This document shows, one piece after another, positions 1 to 9,232 of a stretch of DNA of 60,313 nt. The notes under the pieces are model-generated. The model made no database searches. It was given only the letters and a program-made list of their open reading frames with translations, and was not told the DNA's origin. Location: positions 1 through 60,313 of IMG/VR virus record IMGVR_UViG_3300028571_001115; one strand, given 5' to 3'. The position numbers and the translations under genes are program-made. The stretch's first letter is position 1, and each line of letters starts with the position of its first letter. Source of the DNA: a virus. Taxonomy: Duplodnaviria; Caudoviricetes.

Positions 1-44
1 CGGCATGGAGAGCGACAGTCTCTGGTCCATTTAGGCCCACCCAG

Positions 45-746
45 TTAAGCTGCAAAAGCGGCGTCGATCTGCGCCTTCGTTGTGACAGTACCGCCTGCGA
101 TGCCAGCACTTACGGTCGCCTCCAAGTTAAACGCGTTTGAGATGTGTGACCGAGCCAAGCCGATCACCGTCAGCATTTGAGCGTTGGTCAACATTACGAA
201 CTCGCCGCGCATCTTCCATCTAGACGGGTCTGTGCGAAGGCCAGCACCGATCGCCACCATCTCAGCGATCAGCTTAGATTGACTGTCGCGGTCCGTATTG
301 ATGATCTGATCATCAAAGCTCGCGCACCCGCCCGTTTCGAGCTGCCAGCGCTTTTCGGCGGCGTATTCGATCAATATTTGAGCTGGTATTGCCAAAATTC
401 CAACCGCCCCGGCATCCCAGTCCACGGCCCACCGCTTGGGTGGCACGTCAGGGAGGGTTGTTGGTGGTGAGGTCAGATAACGCGCACCTGATGGCACGAC
501 GCCTGCAATGAGCCGTGCAATGCACTCCGCTTCCGTCTCGGCTGGAGTATCGATGACCGTCTCGACGCCGGTCTGCATTTCCTGCTGGTTCGTCGTCGGA
601 TTGCCGTCCGCGTCCGGATCTCCGGGCACGTCAACCATCCCCATGACGGGCAAATCGTGTGTCACGGCTGGGCGTGGCTCAACGGCAATTCCCGCCGTCC
701 GCACCTGACCGTTGTCGTCGTAAATGATTAGCATGCTGAGGCTCAC
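45..746 (-). CDS. Tail fibre assembly-type protein (DUF4376-like C-terminus)
   Basis: YAAEKRWQLETGG...TDRDSQSKL...WK...FVMLT pattern; directly downstream of tail fibre. Confidence 0.65.
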   Translation of the reverse strand: MSLSMLIIYDDNGQVRTAGIAVEPRPAVTHDLPVMGMVDVPGDPDADGNPTTNQQEMQTGVETVIDTPAETEAECIARLIAGVVPSGARYLTSPPTTLPDVPPKRWAVDWDAGAVGILAIPAQILIEYAAEKRWQLETGGCASFDDQIINTDRDSQSKLIAEMVAIGAGLRTDPSRWKMRGEFVMLTNAQMLTVIGLARSHISNAFNLEATVSAGIAGGTVTTKAQIDAAFAA

Positions 747-2227
747 AAAATGAAGAATGAGAAGAAGTCATCAGCCACCGCGTGTTGGTTGTTCACCACA
801 AAAATTCGTATGGTGTTGCCAGAGCGCAGCGAGGCGTCCTCAAATGCGATTTGCGCGTTATTCGCGCTGCGAGATGCTGTGGCAAATACCTCAAAATTAG
901 TCGGCAACGTGCCAGCGATCACGATGTCATAGACACCAGCCGCAACGCGGGTGCACGATATGACGTTAGCCGAGCGGAGCAGTGCACCCGTCGAACCGTT
1001 CACGCGAGCGTGTGCGAGGATCTGGTTTGGCTGCGGGTTGCCTGGGTGATAGACCGACTGCCCATTGATCCTGTAGCCACCGTGTACGTCCCATGTGCCG
1101 GTTCGGAAATTGTAGACCCCGTGGACTGTGTTGGTATGATCTGAGAACCCGATCCCATGCCACCCGCGAAGTCGATAATTGTGCGTCGCGTAAGTCACCC
1201 CGTCGCCTGTGCCAATTTCAAACCCATTGAAACCGCCCGCAGCCGTTGAAAAATATAAAGGCCCCCACAACGTATCTCCAGACTTGTTGACCGGCGTGTA
1301 ACCAAGGACCGCCTGTTTTGTGGCGGGGTCAAAATTACTAGAGTTCCAATAGCTGGCGAGATGGTTGTCGAATACAACGTTGCCCATGTTCACAACGTCG
1401 ACAGTCACTTTTAGACGTTCGCCGGACCAGCCAATTTTAATAGCGTTGGAGAATTGACCGACCCCAGTGCCCTGCTGGACTGGGGTGTATCCAAGAGAGC
1501 TGATGATCTCGGTGGACGAAACCGCGCCTTCCCAGCGTTCCCATGAGGTGCCGTTGTAGACAGCCTTGTCGCCGACATCCCACTGATTGATGTCATTGAG
1601 GCTGGTCGATCCAGCCGTCGTGACGAGGTAGTAGAAGCCTTTTGTGCCGACGCTCGATGTCAGAGCGGGACTGTTGGTTGAGGCATTCCAGCCGCTTTGG
1701 TAGCTGAGCGCGCCAGCAGACACACCAGCCGTGAGGTCAGCCTGGACATCGGCGGCAAGGGCAGACCGGGGGATCTTGGCTGATCCGTAGGCAAGTGGGT
1801 CGATGCCTAGAGTTTTACTAAAGGCTGGGGTGGTAGCGAACAACCCGCCATTGTTGCCGGTGTAGAAAAGCTGAAAGTAACCTTGGGGGATGATCAGAAT
1901 CTGCGGAAGAGTCGATTGAATCGTGACGCTAAATGCGCCAGATGTGTCGTTGAATACAAGGTATGCTTTTGCGTTATAGGGCAGGATAATCGTCGCGTTT
2001 GATGTCAGCGCACCGGTAATGCGGACGATTGGGCTGCGGCCCTCATCAGCCACAAGGTCGTTTTTGGTAAGTGTATACGTTCCCCCGGTCGTGACGATGG
2101 CAGCTGTGGCCATAATGGCTTCTTCGAGCCGATCAAAAATGCCATGCGCGACCGTGTCCCAGGTGCCGACGTTGTCGTTGCGTCCCTGGCGGGCTGTGCG
2201 CAGGAGCGTTGAGGGGGTCGTTACCAT
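743..2227 (-). CDS. Tail fibre protein
   Basis: Phage fibre-type N-terminus (GTWD...LEEAI...TGALTSNATI), GWNASTNSP...GDKAVYNGTSW module, LGYTPV repeats, G/T/S-rich. Confidence 0.75.
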   Translation of the reverse strand: MVTTPSTLLRTARQGRNDNVGTWDTVAHGIFDRLEEAIMATAAIVTTGGTYTLTKNDLVADEGRSPIVRITGALTSNATIILPYNAKAYLVFNDTSGAFSVTIQSTLPQILIIPQGYFQLFYTGNNGGLFATTPAFSKTLGIDPLAYGSAKIPRSALAADVQADLTAGVSAGALSYQSGWNASTNSPALTSSVGTKGFYYLVTTAGSTSLNDINQWDVGDKAVYNGTSWERWEGAVSSTEIISSLGYTPVQQGTGVGQFSNAIKIGWSGERLKVTVDVVNMGNVVFDNHLASYWNSSNFDPATKQAVLGYTPVNKSGDTLWGPLYFSTAAGGFNGFEIGTGDGVTYATHNYRLRGWHGIGFSDHTNTVHGVYNFRTGTWDVHGGYRINGQSVYHPGNPQPNQILAHARVNGSTGALLRSANVISCTRVAAGVYDIVIAGTLPTNFEVFATASRSANNAQIAFEDASLRSGNTIRIFVVNNQHAVADDFFSFFIL

Positions 2228-2228
2228 A

Positions 2229-2660
2229 TCAGATCACCTTAATGAGATGAGGGTCGCCGCTGGAGTTGCTGAGAACGAGGTCGCCGTCGATCACGTTGAC
2301 GTCGACACCGCGATCCATGATCTGGATGACCTTGTTGCCCTTGCTGGCGTTGTAGATCACGATCCCCCGGAAGGTGACGGTGCAGTTTGTGATCGTGGCT
2401 GGACCGAAATCGACGACGCCATAGCCGGTTGCCGCGTCAACTTTGGGGAAGGTTGCTTTCAGCGGAAGCGTGACGCCGCCCGCCGTGTAATTGGTCCCCG
2501 CCGCCTCTCCGTTGCCGTTGGTGTAGATAGTGGCGGTCGCTGGGTCGTAGTTGGCTGCACTCGTGACGAGCGCTGCCTTTATGGTGTCTGTCGAAAAATC
2601 ATGGACCCCAAGTAGCAGGTCGCGCTTGTAGGTTGAGGTAACGCCGCTTGAGATGGTCAT
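2229..2660 (-). CDS. Conserved virion structural protein
   Basis: YKRDLLLGVHDFSTDTIKAAL...GTNYTAGG motif typical of tail-region genes. Confidence 0.6.
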   Translation of the reverse strand: MTISSGVTSTYKRDLLLGVHDFSTDTIKAALVTSAANYDPATATIYTNGNGEAAGTNYTAGGVTLPLKATFPKVDAATGYGVVDFGPATITNCTVTFRGIVIYNASKGNKVIQIMDRGVDVNVIDGDLVLSNSSGDPHLIKVI

Positions 2661-3304
2661 GCTGATGTCCCTGGATTGAGAGTGGGCCTAGCAGCAGCAC
2701 GAACGGGCGTGTATCGCGTCCGTTCAGATCCTCGCAGCTCGTTAACCGCAGACTGCAGGATCATTTGGTAGAGTGCGGTGAACTCTTGCACTCGACCGGG
2801 TCCGACGAGGTACACCTCACAACCAATCAGGCTCGCCAGGAGCAGGAGATCAGCTGCGTTGTCGGTGATCCAATTCGTTTGGCTTGACAAGTCCAGAGCT
2901 GGGAGTTTTTTCAGCACCTCAATATCGGCCACATAGGCGCGATCCGGCACCGGCGCGATCCGGATCGCGCCCTCGTCAACCTCGGCCCAATAGCGCGGTA
3001 CGCCGGTCGCAGTGCCGTAGGTGCGGACCCAGTCTAGGTGGCGCTGCTCGATCATACGGCCCTCAGATGGCACGAAGATCGAAAAGATCTGCAACGCCCC
3101 ATTTGGCCGGTTGTACGACACTACCCCAGAGGAGATGTTTAGGCTGGTGAAGCGCCGCCAGATTGCCAAGCCGAGGTCGCGCTGCACGACGTCGAGCGCG
3201 CGGTTGATGATCTTGGGCAGGTTGGCGACGAACTCCGCATTGGTGTCGTCGACAATATCCTGCAGCTCTTCAACGAGGAGCGCGTAGTTGGTTGTGTAGG
3301 CCAT
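2657..3304 (-). CDS. Head-tail adaptor / tail tubular protein A-like
   Basis: NYALLVEELQD...GVPRYWA...IAPVPD...TNWITDNA-DLLL pattern; position after capsid. Confidence 0.65.
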   Translation of the reverse strand: MAYTTNYALLVEELQDIVDDTNAEFVANLPKIINRALDVVQRDLGLAIWRRFTSLNISSGVVSYNRPNGALQIFSIFVPSEGRMIEQRHLDWVRTYGTATGVPRYWAEVDEGAIRIAPVPDRAYVADIEVLKKLPALDLSSQTNWITDNAADLLLLASLIGCEVYLVGPGRVQEFTALYQMILQSAVNELRGSERTRYTPVRAAARPTLNPGTSA

Positions 3305-3918
3305 CAGGCGACCTCATCAGATTGTGTCGGGCTCACACCCCAGCCGCCACTGCCCCAGCCGCCACCGCCCCAACCATAATCGACCGTTGCATAGATCGAG
3401 GCCTTAGTGGCATTCACACTCGCTGATGGCAGAACGATACAGGATCCTGCAAGAAGTGAGGATGGATTGAATGCTGCCTCGACAGTGCCGTTGATCGAAA
3501 GTCGGGTTTGAATGTTCAAGAGTGGCCCGACCTGCACTGCGGTCACAAAGATGCTCGCCGGGATGTTGACTGTCGGGTGTACGGTGATCGGAAAGCCGAT
3601 GCAGACGCAGGCGGCGAATGGACTCGGCGCACGCTGGAGCGCGAGCCGTGACGACTGATTGCCAGACCGGCCCACGGAAGCGACGCAGTATGACAAATCG
3701 ATGCGCGCGCCCATTGCGTCGCGCTGCGGCGGTCCTGGGCGGTAGTTCATGCCGTCAGGAGGCGGGACGCGAACGAACCGCTGTGGGTGGACCGGATCGG
3801 GATCGGTCGTCAGGATTCCGCGCTCGCCGTCCTGGCGCAGGCGGCGACCCTTTTCCTTGAAGCCCGTGCGTTCGTCGAACGCAACCCCATTGCGCAATGC
3901 TCTGCCGCGACCTGCCAT
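3304..3918 (-). CDS. Hypothetical virion-module protein
   Basis: Coupled stop/start with neighbours; DERTGF...DPVHPQ N-terminus. Confidence 0.5.
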   Translation of the reverse strand: MAGRGRALRNGVAFDERTGFKEKGRRLRQDGERGILTTDPDPVHPQRFVRVPPPDGMNYRPGPPQRDAMGARIDLSYCVASVGRSGNQSSRLALQRAPSPFAACVCIGFPITVHPTVNIPASIFVTAVQVGPLLNIQTRLSINGTVEAAFNPSSLLAGSCIVLPSASVNATKASIYATVDYGWGGGGWGSGGWGVSPTQSDEVA

Positions 3919-4697
3919 TAGTGCCTCCTCGGACGTGACCAGCCAAACGCCCTGAAGCCGACCTGCACCGGCCCGTGGTTCTCGTCCTGGAAACGGCTGC
4001 GCAGCGTCCGCATGAATTTAGCCTCCAGCGGCCCAGCAGCAGGCTGGTTCCACTTCGCGGCAAGCTGGGCCGCTAAGCCCTGGCAGTACGTCTCCCACCA
4101 GTTGCGGCGAGCATCGATTGCGTCTCCCATGCCGACCGGCATGGCGATGTCGCGAAGGCGCGTAACCTGTACCGATACGCCCGATAGACCATTCTGCGGC
4201 CACAGCACCAACACCTTCTTGCCAGCCAGTGAGGTGACGTTGCCGCCAGCCGCCTGCGAGAACGCGGCTGCTCCCCAGCCAGAGACGAGGGTGGGCTCGA
4301 ACAGCGTTAGCTCGCCGGGCAGCGACTTCGACACCCAGAATAGGCTGGGGCTGCCGAGGTGGGTCGGTCTGGCAAGTGTGAAGTAATCCTCCCGCGTGGT
4401 GCGGGCCAGCGGCAGCGGCAGGCTGTTCGGGAACAGGAGCTGGCAAGCCATGACGTCGATCGTGTCGTCAGGCAATGTCACCGCGCCGCGCCCGGTCGGC
4501 AACGGGATCACAACGGTGTCTTCGCGGTACTCAGCAGTCGCCCGGCCTCCGCCTTCGTTTTCGATGATCGTGTTCAGCAGCAGGAGCGATCTGCGGGCCG
4601 AGTTGAGGTGGCGATGGCTGATCGATGCCGGGTCGAGACCGGCGCGTTCAAACGCCTCGTCCAACAGGTCACCAAAGTCAAAACCATCCATCGCCAC
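3918..4697 (-). CDS. Head-tail adaptor-like protein
   Basis: LLDEAFERAG...SARRSL-LL...LPDDTIDV...LWP pattern; directly after major capsid gene. Confidence 0.6.
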   Translation of the reverse strand: MAMDGFDFGDLLDEAFERAGLDPASISHRHLNSARRSLLLLNTIIENEGGGRATAEYREDTVVIPLPTGRGAVTLPDDTIDVMACQLLFPNSLPLPLARTTREDYFTLARPTHLGSPSLFWVSKSLPGELTLFEPTLVSGWGAAAFSQAAGGNVTSLAGKKVLVLWPQNGLSGVSVQVTRLRDIAMPVGMGDAIDARRNWWETYCQGLAAQLAAKWNQPAAGPLEAKFMRTLRSRFQDENHGPVQVGFRAFGWSRPRRH

Positions 4698-4727
4698 GCC
4701 CTCCTTGTCAGCTATCGGTCGACAGGC

Positions 4728-5642
4728 TCAGATCGGCGACCCAGTCGACCCAAAAAGGCAACGTGGATCTCCAAAACTGAAGCCAAATCTTTCTGATGTC
4801 TTATACAACATATTACCAGTCCGGAAGTCCGTCTCCATGCCCTTCTTGACCGCCTTCCGCTGCCAGAACATCAGGCCAAGGTCACAGTCGGTCTTGAGAA
4901 ACCATGCGTCAGGGTCGACCATGTAGTGGCTGACCATGAAGCCGTCGGGGATGTAGTCGCCGTCCTTGATCGCGTTGATGTCGTTGTTGGCCGTGCCGAC
5001 GCGCCCCGTAGTCTTCAGGATGCGCTGCGTGGTGAACGTCTGCTGGCGTGGGATGATCAGCTTCTTCGGCTTGACCACGATCGGGCGGTTGCGGTCGTTC
5101 ACGTAGCCAGAGATCTGGATGCACGCGTCCTCCAGGGCCTCTTCGGAGATGTCAGCAGGCGTCGCCAGCGTGTTGCTGTAGACGCCGCCGGAGTAGAGCG
5201 GGTGCGTGGGCGAGCAGAGCGCCTGTTGATCGCCGCCAGTGTAGTTCGAATTGAACGCGTTGTTGAACAGCCCGGCCCCACGAACTTCCTTGGCATGCTG
5301 CAGGGCCTTGCCCAGCTCCTTGCCGTAGATTTCCGAAAGATCCGCGTAGAGATTATCGTCGATAGCCTCTTCGGTGATCGCGAACGCCAAGGCGTATGTA
5401 TAAAAGTCGACACGCGAGGTGTAGCCTTCCGCGCCCTGGTCGAACGTGATCATGCCGCCTTCGGATTTCTCCTGGGCTTCGCCCAGGCCGACGCGCAACA
5501 CCATTTCTTCATACGCACGCTTGGACGTGCGCTTCTCAGTGAACTTCGTGTATTCGGGTTCCCAGGTGTCGTAGGCCATGCCGAAGTGGGCATTAATTCC
5601 ATCTTGAAGGTCTCGCGCGAATTGCGCACGGGTCATAACCAT
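4728..5642 (-). CDS. Major capsid protein
   Basis: TRAQFARDLQDGINAHFG, SKRAYEE, LAFAITEEAIDDNLY, DPDAWFLKTD, DFRTGN...ERFGFSFGDPR motifs; 304 aa. Confidence 0.9.
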   Translation of the reverse strand: MVMTRAQFARDLQDGINAHFGMAYDTWEPEYTKFTEKRTSKRAYEEMVLRVGLGEAQEKSEGGMITFDQGAEGYTSRVDFYTYALAFAITEEAIDDNLYADLSEIYGKELGKALQHAKEVRGAGLFNNAFNSNYTGGDQQALCSPTHPLYSGGVYSNTLATPADISEEALEDACIQISGYVNDRNRPIVVKPKKLIIPRQQTFTTQRILKTTGRVGTANNDINAIKDGDYIPDGFMVSHYMVDPDAWFLKTDCDLGLMFWQRKAVKKGMETDFRTGNMLYKTSERFGFSFGDPRCLFGSTGSPI

Positions 5643-5686
5643 TTGAGTGTTCCTTGTGTAAGCTGTTGGTTGACAGGCTGGCGCGA

Positions 5687-6334
5687 TTAGACCGCGATGG
5701 CCATCGCGGCCCCGCCACGCTCATGCTTGACCATCCGCAGCTGCACCAAGGCATACCGCCCCTCACCCGAGAGCGAGTAGCCGATAGTGTCAGCGGTGTA
5801 GGCCGGGTTCACGTTGCGCATTGGTTGCTCCAGGACCTTCTCGATCCGGAACTGGCTGGCCGTGCCGCCAGGGGTGCCGACCGTCTGGTTGGAGCGGCCA
5901 AACACCGTGTCGGGGACTGCGTCGACGAGATCGACGAAGCTGCCGATGTCGGCGCGAGTGATCGTCTGCGAGCACTGGGCTTCGATCAGGATGTTGGGGT
6001 CGTCGTGCACCTGACAGCGCAGCGAGGAGCCGGGCGGGAGAAGGACCGAGCCGGGGATCCAGACCTTGAAATACGGGATCTGGCCATTGGCCGCGAAGTT
6101 CTGGCTGCCGCCGAACTGCCCGCGCGTGGTAATCCAAGCGCCAGCAAAGAAGCCGAGGAGCGCGTCACCGGCTGCGGCCTTCGTGATGCCACCGGCACCA
6201 TCTGATTTGACGGCATCGCCGACCGCGATCGAGACAGCGGTGGCGGGGTTGAGAGCGTAGTCATTCAGCTCCTGACCGAGCGCCGACATATGGCGCGCGA
6301 TCCGGAAACCAAACGGGTAAAGAGCGTTAGCCAT
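5687..6334 (-). CDS. Capsid decoration/cement-like protein
   Basis: MAN...PFGFR...GDAV...LLGFFAG...VHDDPNIL pattern; immediately upstream of MCP. Confidence 0.55.
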   Translation of the reverse strand: MANALYPFGFRIARHMSALGQELNDYALNPATAVSIAVGDAVKSDGAGGITKAAAGDALLGFFAGAWITTRGQFGGSQNFAANGQIPYFKVWIPGSVLLPPGSSLRCQVHDDPNILIEAQCSQTITRADIGSFVDLVDAVPDTVFGRSNQTVGTPGGTASQFRIEKVLEQPMRNVNPAYTADTIGYSLSGEGRYALVQLRMVKHERGGAAMAIAV

Positions 6335-6360
6335 TTGTCTGGTCCTCTGTGTTCAGATTT

Positions 6361-6936
6361 TTATTCAACCATGGTGGGGGCACGACCCCGCAGGCTCTTC
6401 ACCTTGTCGGTGACCTCAAGGTCCCCAACGCGGTTCCGCTTCCGCTCCCTCTCACGCAGCGCATCCGTGCTTTCAGGCAGGGACGCGCCGAGCCGGTCGA
6501 CCGAGTCGCCCATAGCGTGGTAGCGCTGCAGGGCGACTTGGCGTGGCATCTCGCACAGCACCAACCCGGCGACACCGATGACGCCTTGGCCGGTGCTCAG
6601 CTTGGCCGACGCGTAGGTCTGGCGAAGCTGGCTTGGAATTGTGTTGGGGTCGCGCGGGGCCCAGCCCTCGCGCAGCTTCTTGCCCCAGGTGGTTTTGGCG
6701 TTCTTGTCGGCACTCGGGTCGGTGCCGTCGACGACCCAACGCTGGACGTAGCCGGGGCGCGGCTCAGGCGCATCCAGTGAGCTGGGGTTGATCCACCTCG
6801 CCGGGTTGGTCTCGACCCGCTGATCGACGCGGGTCGCCTCCGCGTCACGCGTCTCGTGGGTGGCGTGCCGGATAATGGTTGGGCGTGCGCGCTCGAAAAC
6901 GTCGATCTCGCCAGTGCGCTCATAAACTCGTGCCAT
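6361..6936 (-). CDS. Conserved head-module hypothetical protein
   Basis: PSSLDAPEPRPGYVQRWV...KLREGW...GLVLCEMP; lies between scaffold and capsid genes. Confidence 0.6.
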   Translation of the reverse strand: MARVYERTGEIDVFERARPTIIRHATHETRDAEATRVDQRVETNPARWINPSSLDAPEPRPGYVQRWVVDGTDPSADKNAKTTWGKKLREGWAPRDPNTIPSQLRQTYASAKLSTGQGVIGVAGLVLCEMPRQVALQRYHAMGDSVDRLGASLPESTDALRERERKRNRVGDLEVTDKVKSLRGRAPTMVE

Positions 6937-6949
6937 GTGTCAGTCCCTC

Positions 6950-7996
6950 TTAGCGCTGCATGGCGCGTTTGTTGCCTTCGATGCGGGCCTTCGCGAAGGC
7001 CTTGCGGTGGATTGGGTTCTTGGGGTCCAGGTTGGCCCGCTTCATCGCGGCCTGATCAGGGACCGTGAGCGTGTAGGTTTTGGTCCCGTTCTGCGCCTGC
7101 CGCTGAGAGACGCCCCCGCCGGACGAGGAGCGGGTCGGGGCGACTGGCCCACGTGACGCCGTGCGGTTGCCCGGCGTCTTTTTGGGGGCCTGGATGGTGC
7201 CCACCTTGAGTTTGGGGAAGGCGTTCTGCACGCGGCGCGACAGCTCGCTGTAGAATCCCGGCGTGTTGGGATCCCAGCCGTCGCGGGTCAAGACGCTCGA
7301 CTGGCTGATGACGAAGTCGTTGGCTCGCTTGTTCGTCGTCATCCAGGTCTTGTTTGAGGTAGCCCACCGCTCGGCCAATGGGTGCCGCGCCTGGATGCCG
7401 TTCCCGACCCGCTTGCCCTGTGCCTCTTGCGCCAGGATGCCGCGCGCCTTAGCCTCGCCCTCCTGCATGACTTGGCCGGGATCGGGAATGTTTCTCGCCG
7501 TATGCTCAATCTGAGACCGCAGGGTCTTGATCTCGTCGATCATGTTCTGCGCGCGGATCTCAGCGTTGACGTCGCCGTTTTCGCGGGCGTAGACCAGCTG
7601 CTGCTGGGCCTCGGACAACTTAGTGCCGACCGTCTCCAGCGCTACCTTGGCGGTATCACGTTGCTGGGAGTAGACGGCTGCGCGGGCGCGGGCCTCCGTG
7701 TATACCGCGTTCGCCTCAGCGGTGCGGGCGCGGTTCTCGGCCTCCACGACCCGCTGATTGCCGTCGTAGTCAAAGTCACCGTCGTCATCGACGACTTGCT
7801 GGCGACCTTGGCGCGCGACGGGGGCCTGGGACTCCTCATTCAGACCGTCAGGAAGCTCGTCAACCTCAAGCTGGCCCTGTCGCAGGTCTTCAAGCTGTAG
7901 CGGGCCATCATCGTCGCCAAAACTCTCCTCAAGATCGTCCTCAAGATCGACGAGCAGGTCATCATCATCAGCAATAGGAGGCATCTGCTTTTCCAC
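6950..7996 (-). CDS. Putative capsid scaffolding protein (probable ATG at 7984)
   Basis: Acidic N-terminus, coiled coil, GWDPNTPGFYSELSRRV-NAFP, basic C-tail; upstream of MCP. Confidence 0.65.
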   Translation of the reverse strand: MEKQMPPIADDDDLLVDLEDDLEESFGDDDGPLQLEDLRQGQLEVDELPDGLNEESQAPVARQGRQQVVDDDGDFDYDGNQRVVEAENRARTAEANAVYTEARARAAVYSQQRDTAKVALETVGTKLSEAQQQLVYARENGDVNAEIRAQNMIDEIKTLRSQIEHTARNIPDPGQVMQEGEAKARGILAQEAQGKRVGNGIQARHPLAERWATSNKTWMTTNKRANDFVISQSSVLTRDGWDPNTPGFYSELSRRVQNAFPKLKVGTIQAPKKTPGNRTASRGPVAPTRSSSGGGVSQRQAQNGTKTYTLTVPDQAAMKRANLDPKNPIHRKAFAKARIEGNKRAMQR

Positions 7997-8068
7997 TCAT
8001 AGGGGCACACCGGCCCGTTGGTTTTTTGAAGCAGCAGCAGTAGTGCCCATAGAAGCCCCGTCAGGGGA

Positions 8069-8356
8069 TCAGGCGAGCGCGATAGCGAGTGCCTCGGGGC
8101 GTGCGCCCCGGGGTGCATCATCGAGCTTGAAGCGGACCTTGACGCCCTCGACCAGCTGGCGGGGGTTGACGCCGTATTTCTTGAGTACAGAGAAGTGCAG
8201 GAACACGTCGGTACCGCTCGGCGTTTTGATGAAGCCGAAGCGCTTGTCGTCGTCGAACCACTTGATGGTGCCTTGGCGGTCCATGTCACCGATATGGACG
8301 CGCGCGACGCGGGGAGGTGGTGCCCGCCGACGGTCTTGCTGGTGCGTCATGCTCAT
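8069..8356 (-). CDS. Cold-shock domain protein
   Basis: GTIKWFDDDKRFGFI (RNP1) and DVFLHFS (RNP2). Confidence 0.9.
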   Translation of the reverse strand: MSMTHQQDRRRAPPPRVARVHIGDMDRQGTIKWFDDDKRFGFIKTPSGTDVFLHFSVLKKYGVNPRQLVEGVKVRFKLDDAPRGARPEALAIALA

Positions 8357-8366
8357 GTCAGCCCCC

Positions 8367-8822
8367 TCAAAGCTCGATGCCGTTGAATTTCAAATTCTCG
8401 ACGTCCGATGGGTCAACCCTGACGTTGAGACTGTCGTCAGTAATCACCACGAAGGTGTGGCCCTTGTACTGGAACCGGCGCGGCTGCTTGCTGTCGATGA
8501 TCCAGAGGTCACCGATCTGGGGCCGCTCGTCTTCGGTGATGTCGTAGCTCTCGTAGGCCTTGCCACGGAACACGTGATTGCCGACCGCGACGATCTTATA
8601 GAGCTGGTGCGTCCAGTTCTGAACGTCGATGGTCTCGTCGGGCAGCATGATGCCGCCCCGGGATGTGCGGCGGATGCCGACCGGCATGGCCATGATCTTC
8701 CACAGTGGCACCCTGAGCTTGTGCTCCGGGACCGGCGTGTCGATATCGTGGATCAAGCCCTCGGTGTTGATGGCGCTGGCGGTGGCGAGGTGCCCGGCGG
8801 CACGGATGATCTGCTGATTCAT
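8367..8822 (-). CDS. GroES-like co-chaperonin
   Basis: TSRGGIMLPDE mobile loop, IVAVG, IGD, ITDD. Confidence 0.75.
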   Translation of the reverse strand: MNQQIIRAAGHLATASAINTEGLIHDIDTPVPEHKLRVPLWKIMAMPVGIRRTSRGGIMLPDETIDVQNWTHQLYKIVAVGNHVFRGKAYESYDITEDERPQIGDLWIIDSKQPRRFQYKGHTFVVITDDSLNVRVDPSDVENLKFNGIEL

Positions 8823-9088
8823 ACGCGTGCCCCCAGACGGCGGTTGCCGGGCGCGTGGATGCCGTTACGCGAGATCGGCGCACGGGCCTCGTCGTCCTCG
8901 TGGTTCTTGTTGTACTTCGTGTCGAACAGGTCCTTGACCATGATCTCGATCTGCTGTGCCGCAATGATACGGCCCCGCAGGTGCTCGTGACGTCCGTCAC
9001 CGCCCTGGCAGGCGATAAGTGCACTGATCTCGGCGTGACGGAACGCCTCGATGGATTTTTTCAGGTCGGCAACAAAGTCTTCCAACAT
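8819..9088 (-). CDS. Hypothetical protein (head module)
   Basis: SD GAGG, overlaps start of GroES-like gene. Confidence 0.6.
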   Translation of the reverse strand: MLEDFVADLKKSIEAFRHAEISALIACQGGDGRHEHLRGRIIAAQQIEIMVKDLFDTKYNKNHEDDEARAPISRNGIHAPGNRRLGARV

Positions 9089-9232
9089 CTCAGTCCCTCA
9101 TTTTTCGGGGACGTCTGAGCCGGATCGTGCGGGTCCATTCTCGATGTTGGTATTCGTTTGGATCGTCAACCATTCAGTGCAAAATTTATTGTCCACTGAT
9201 GGTTGACATCAGCTGAATGACTATGTATCGAA

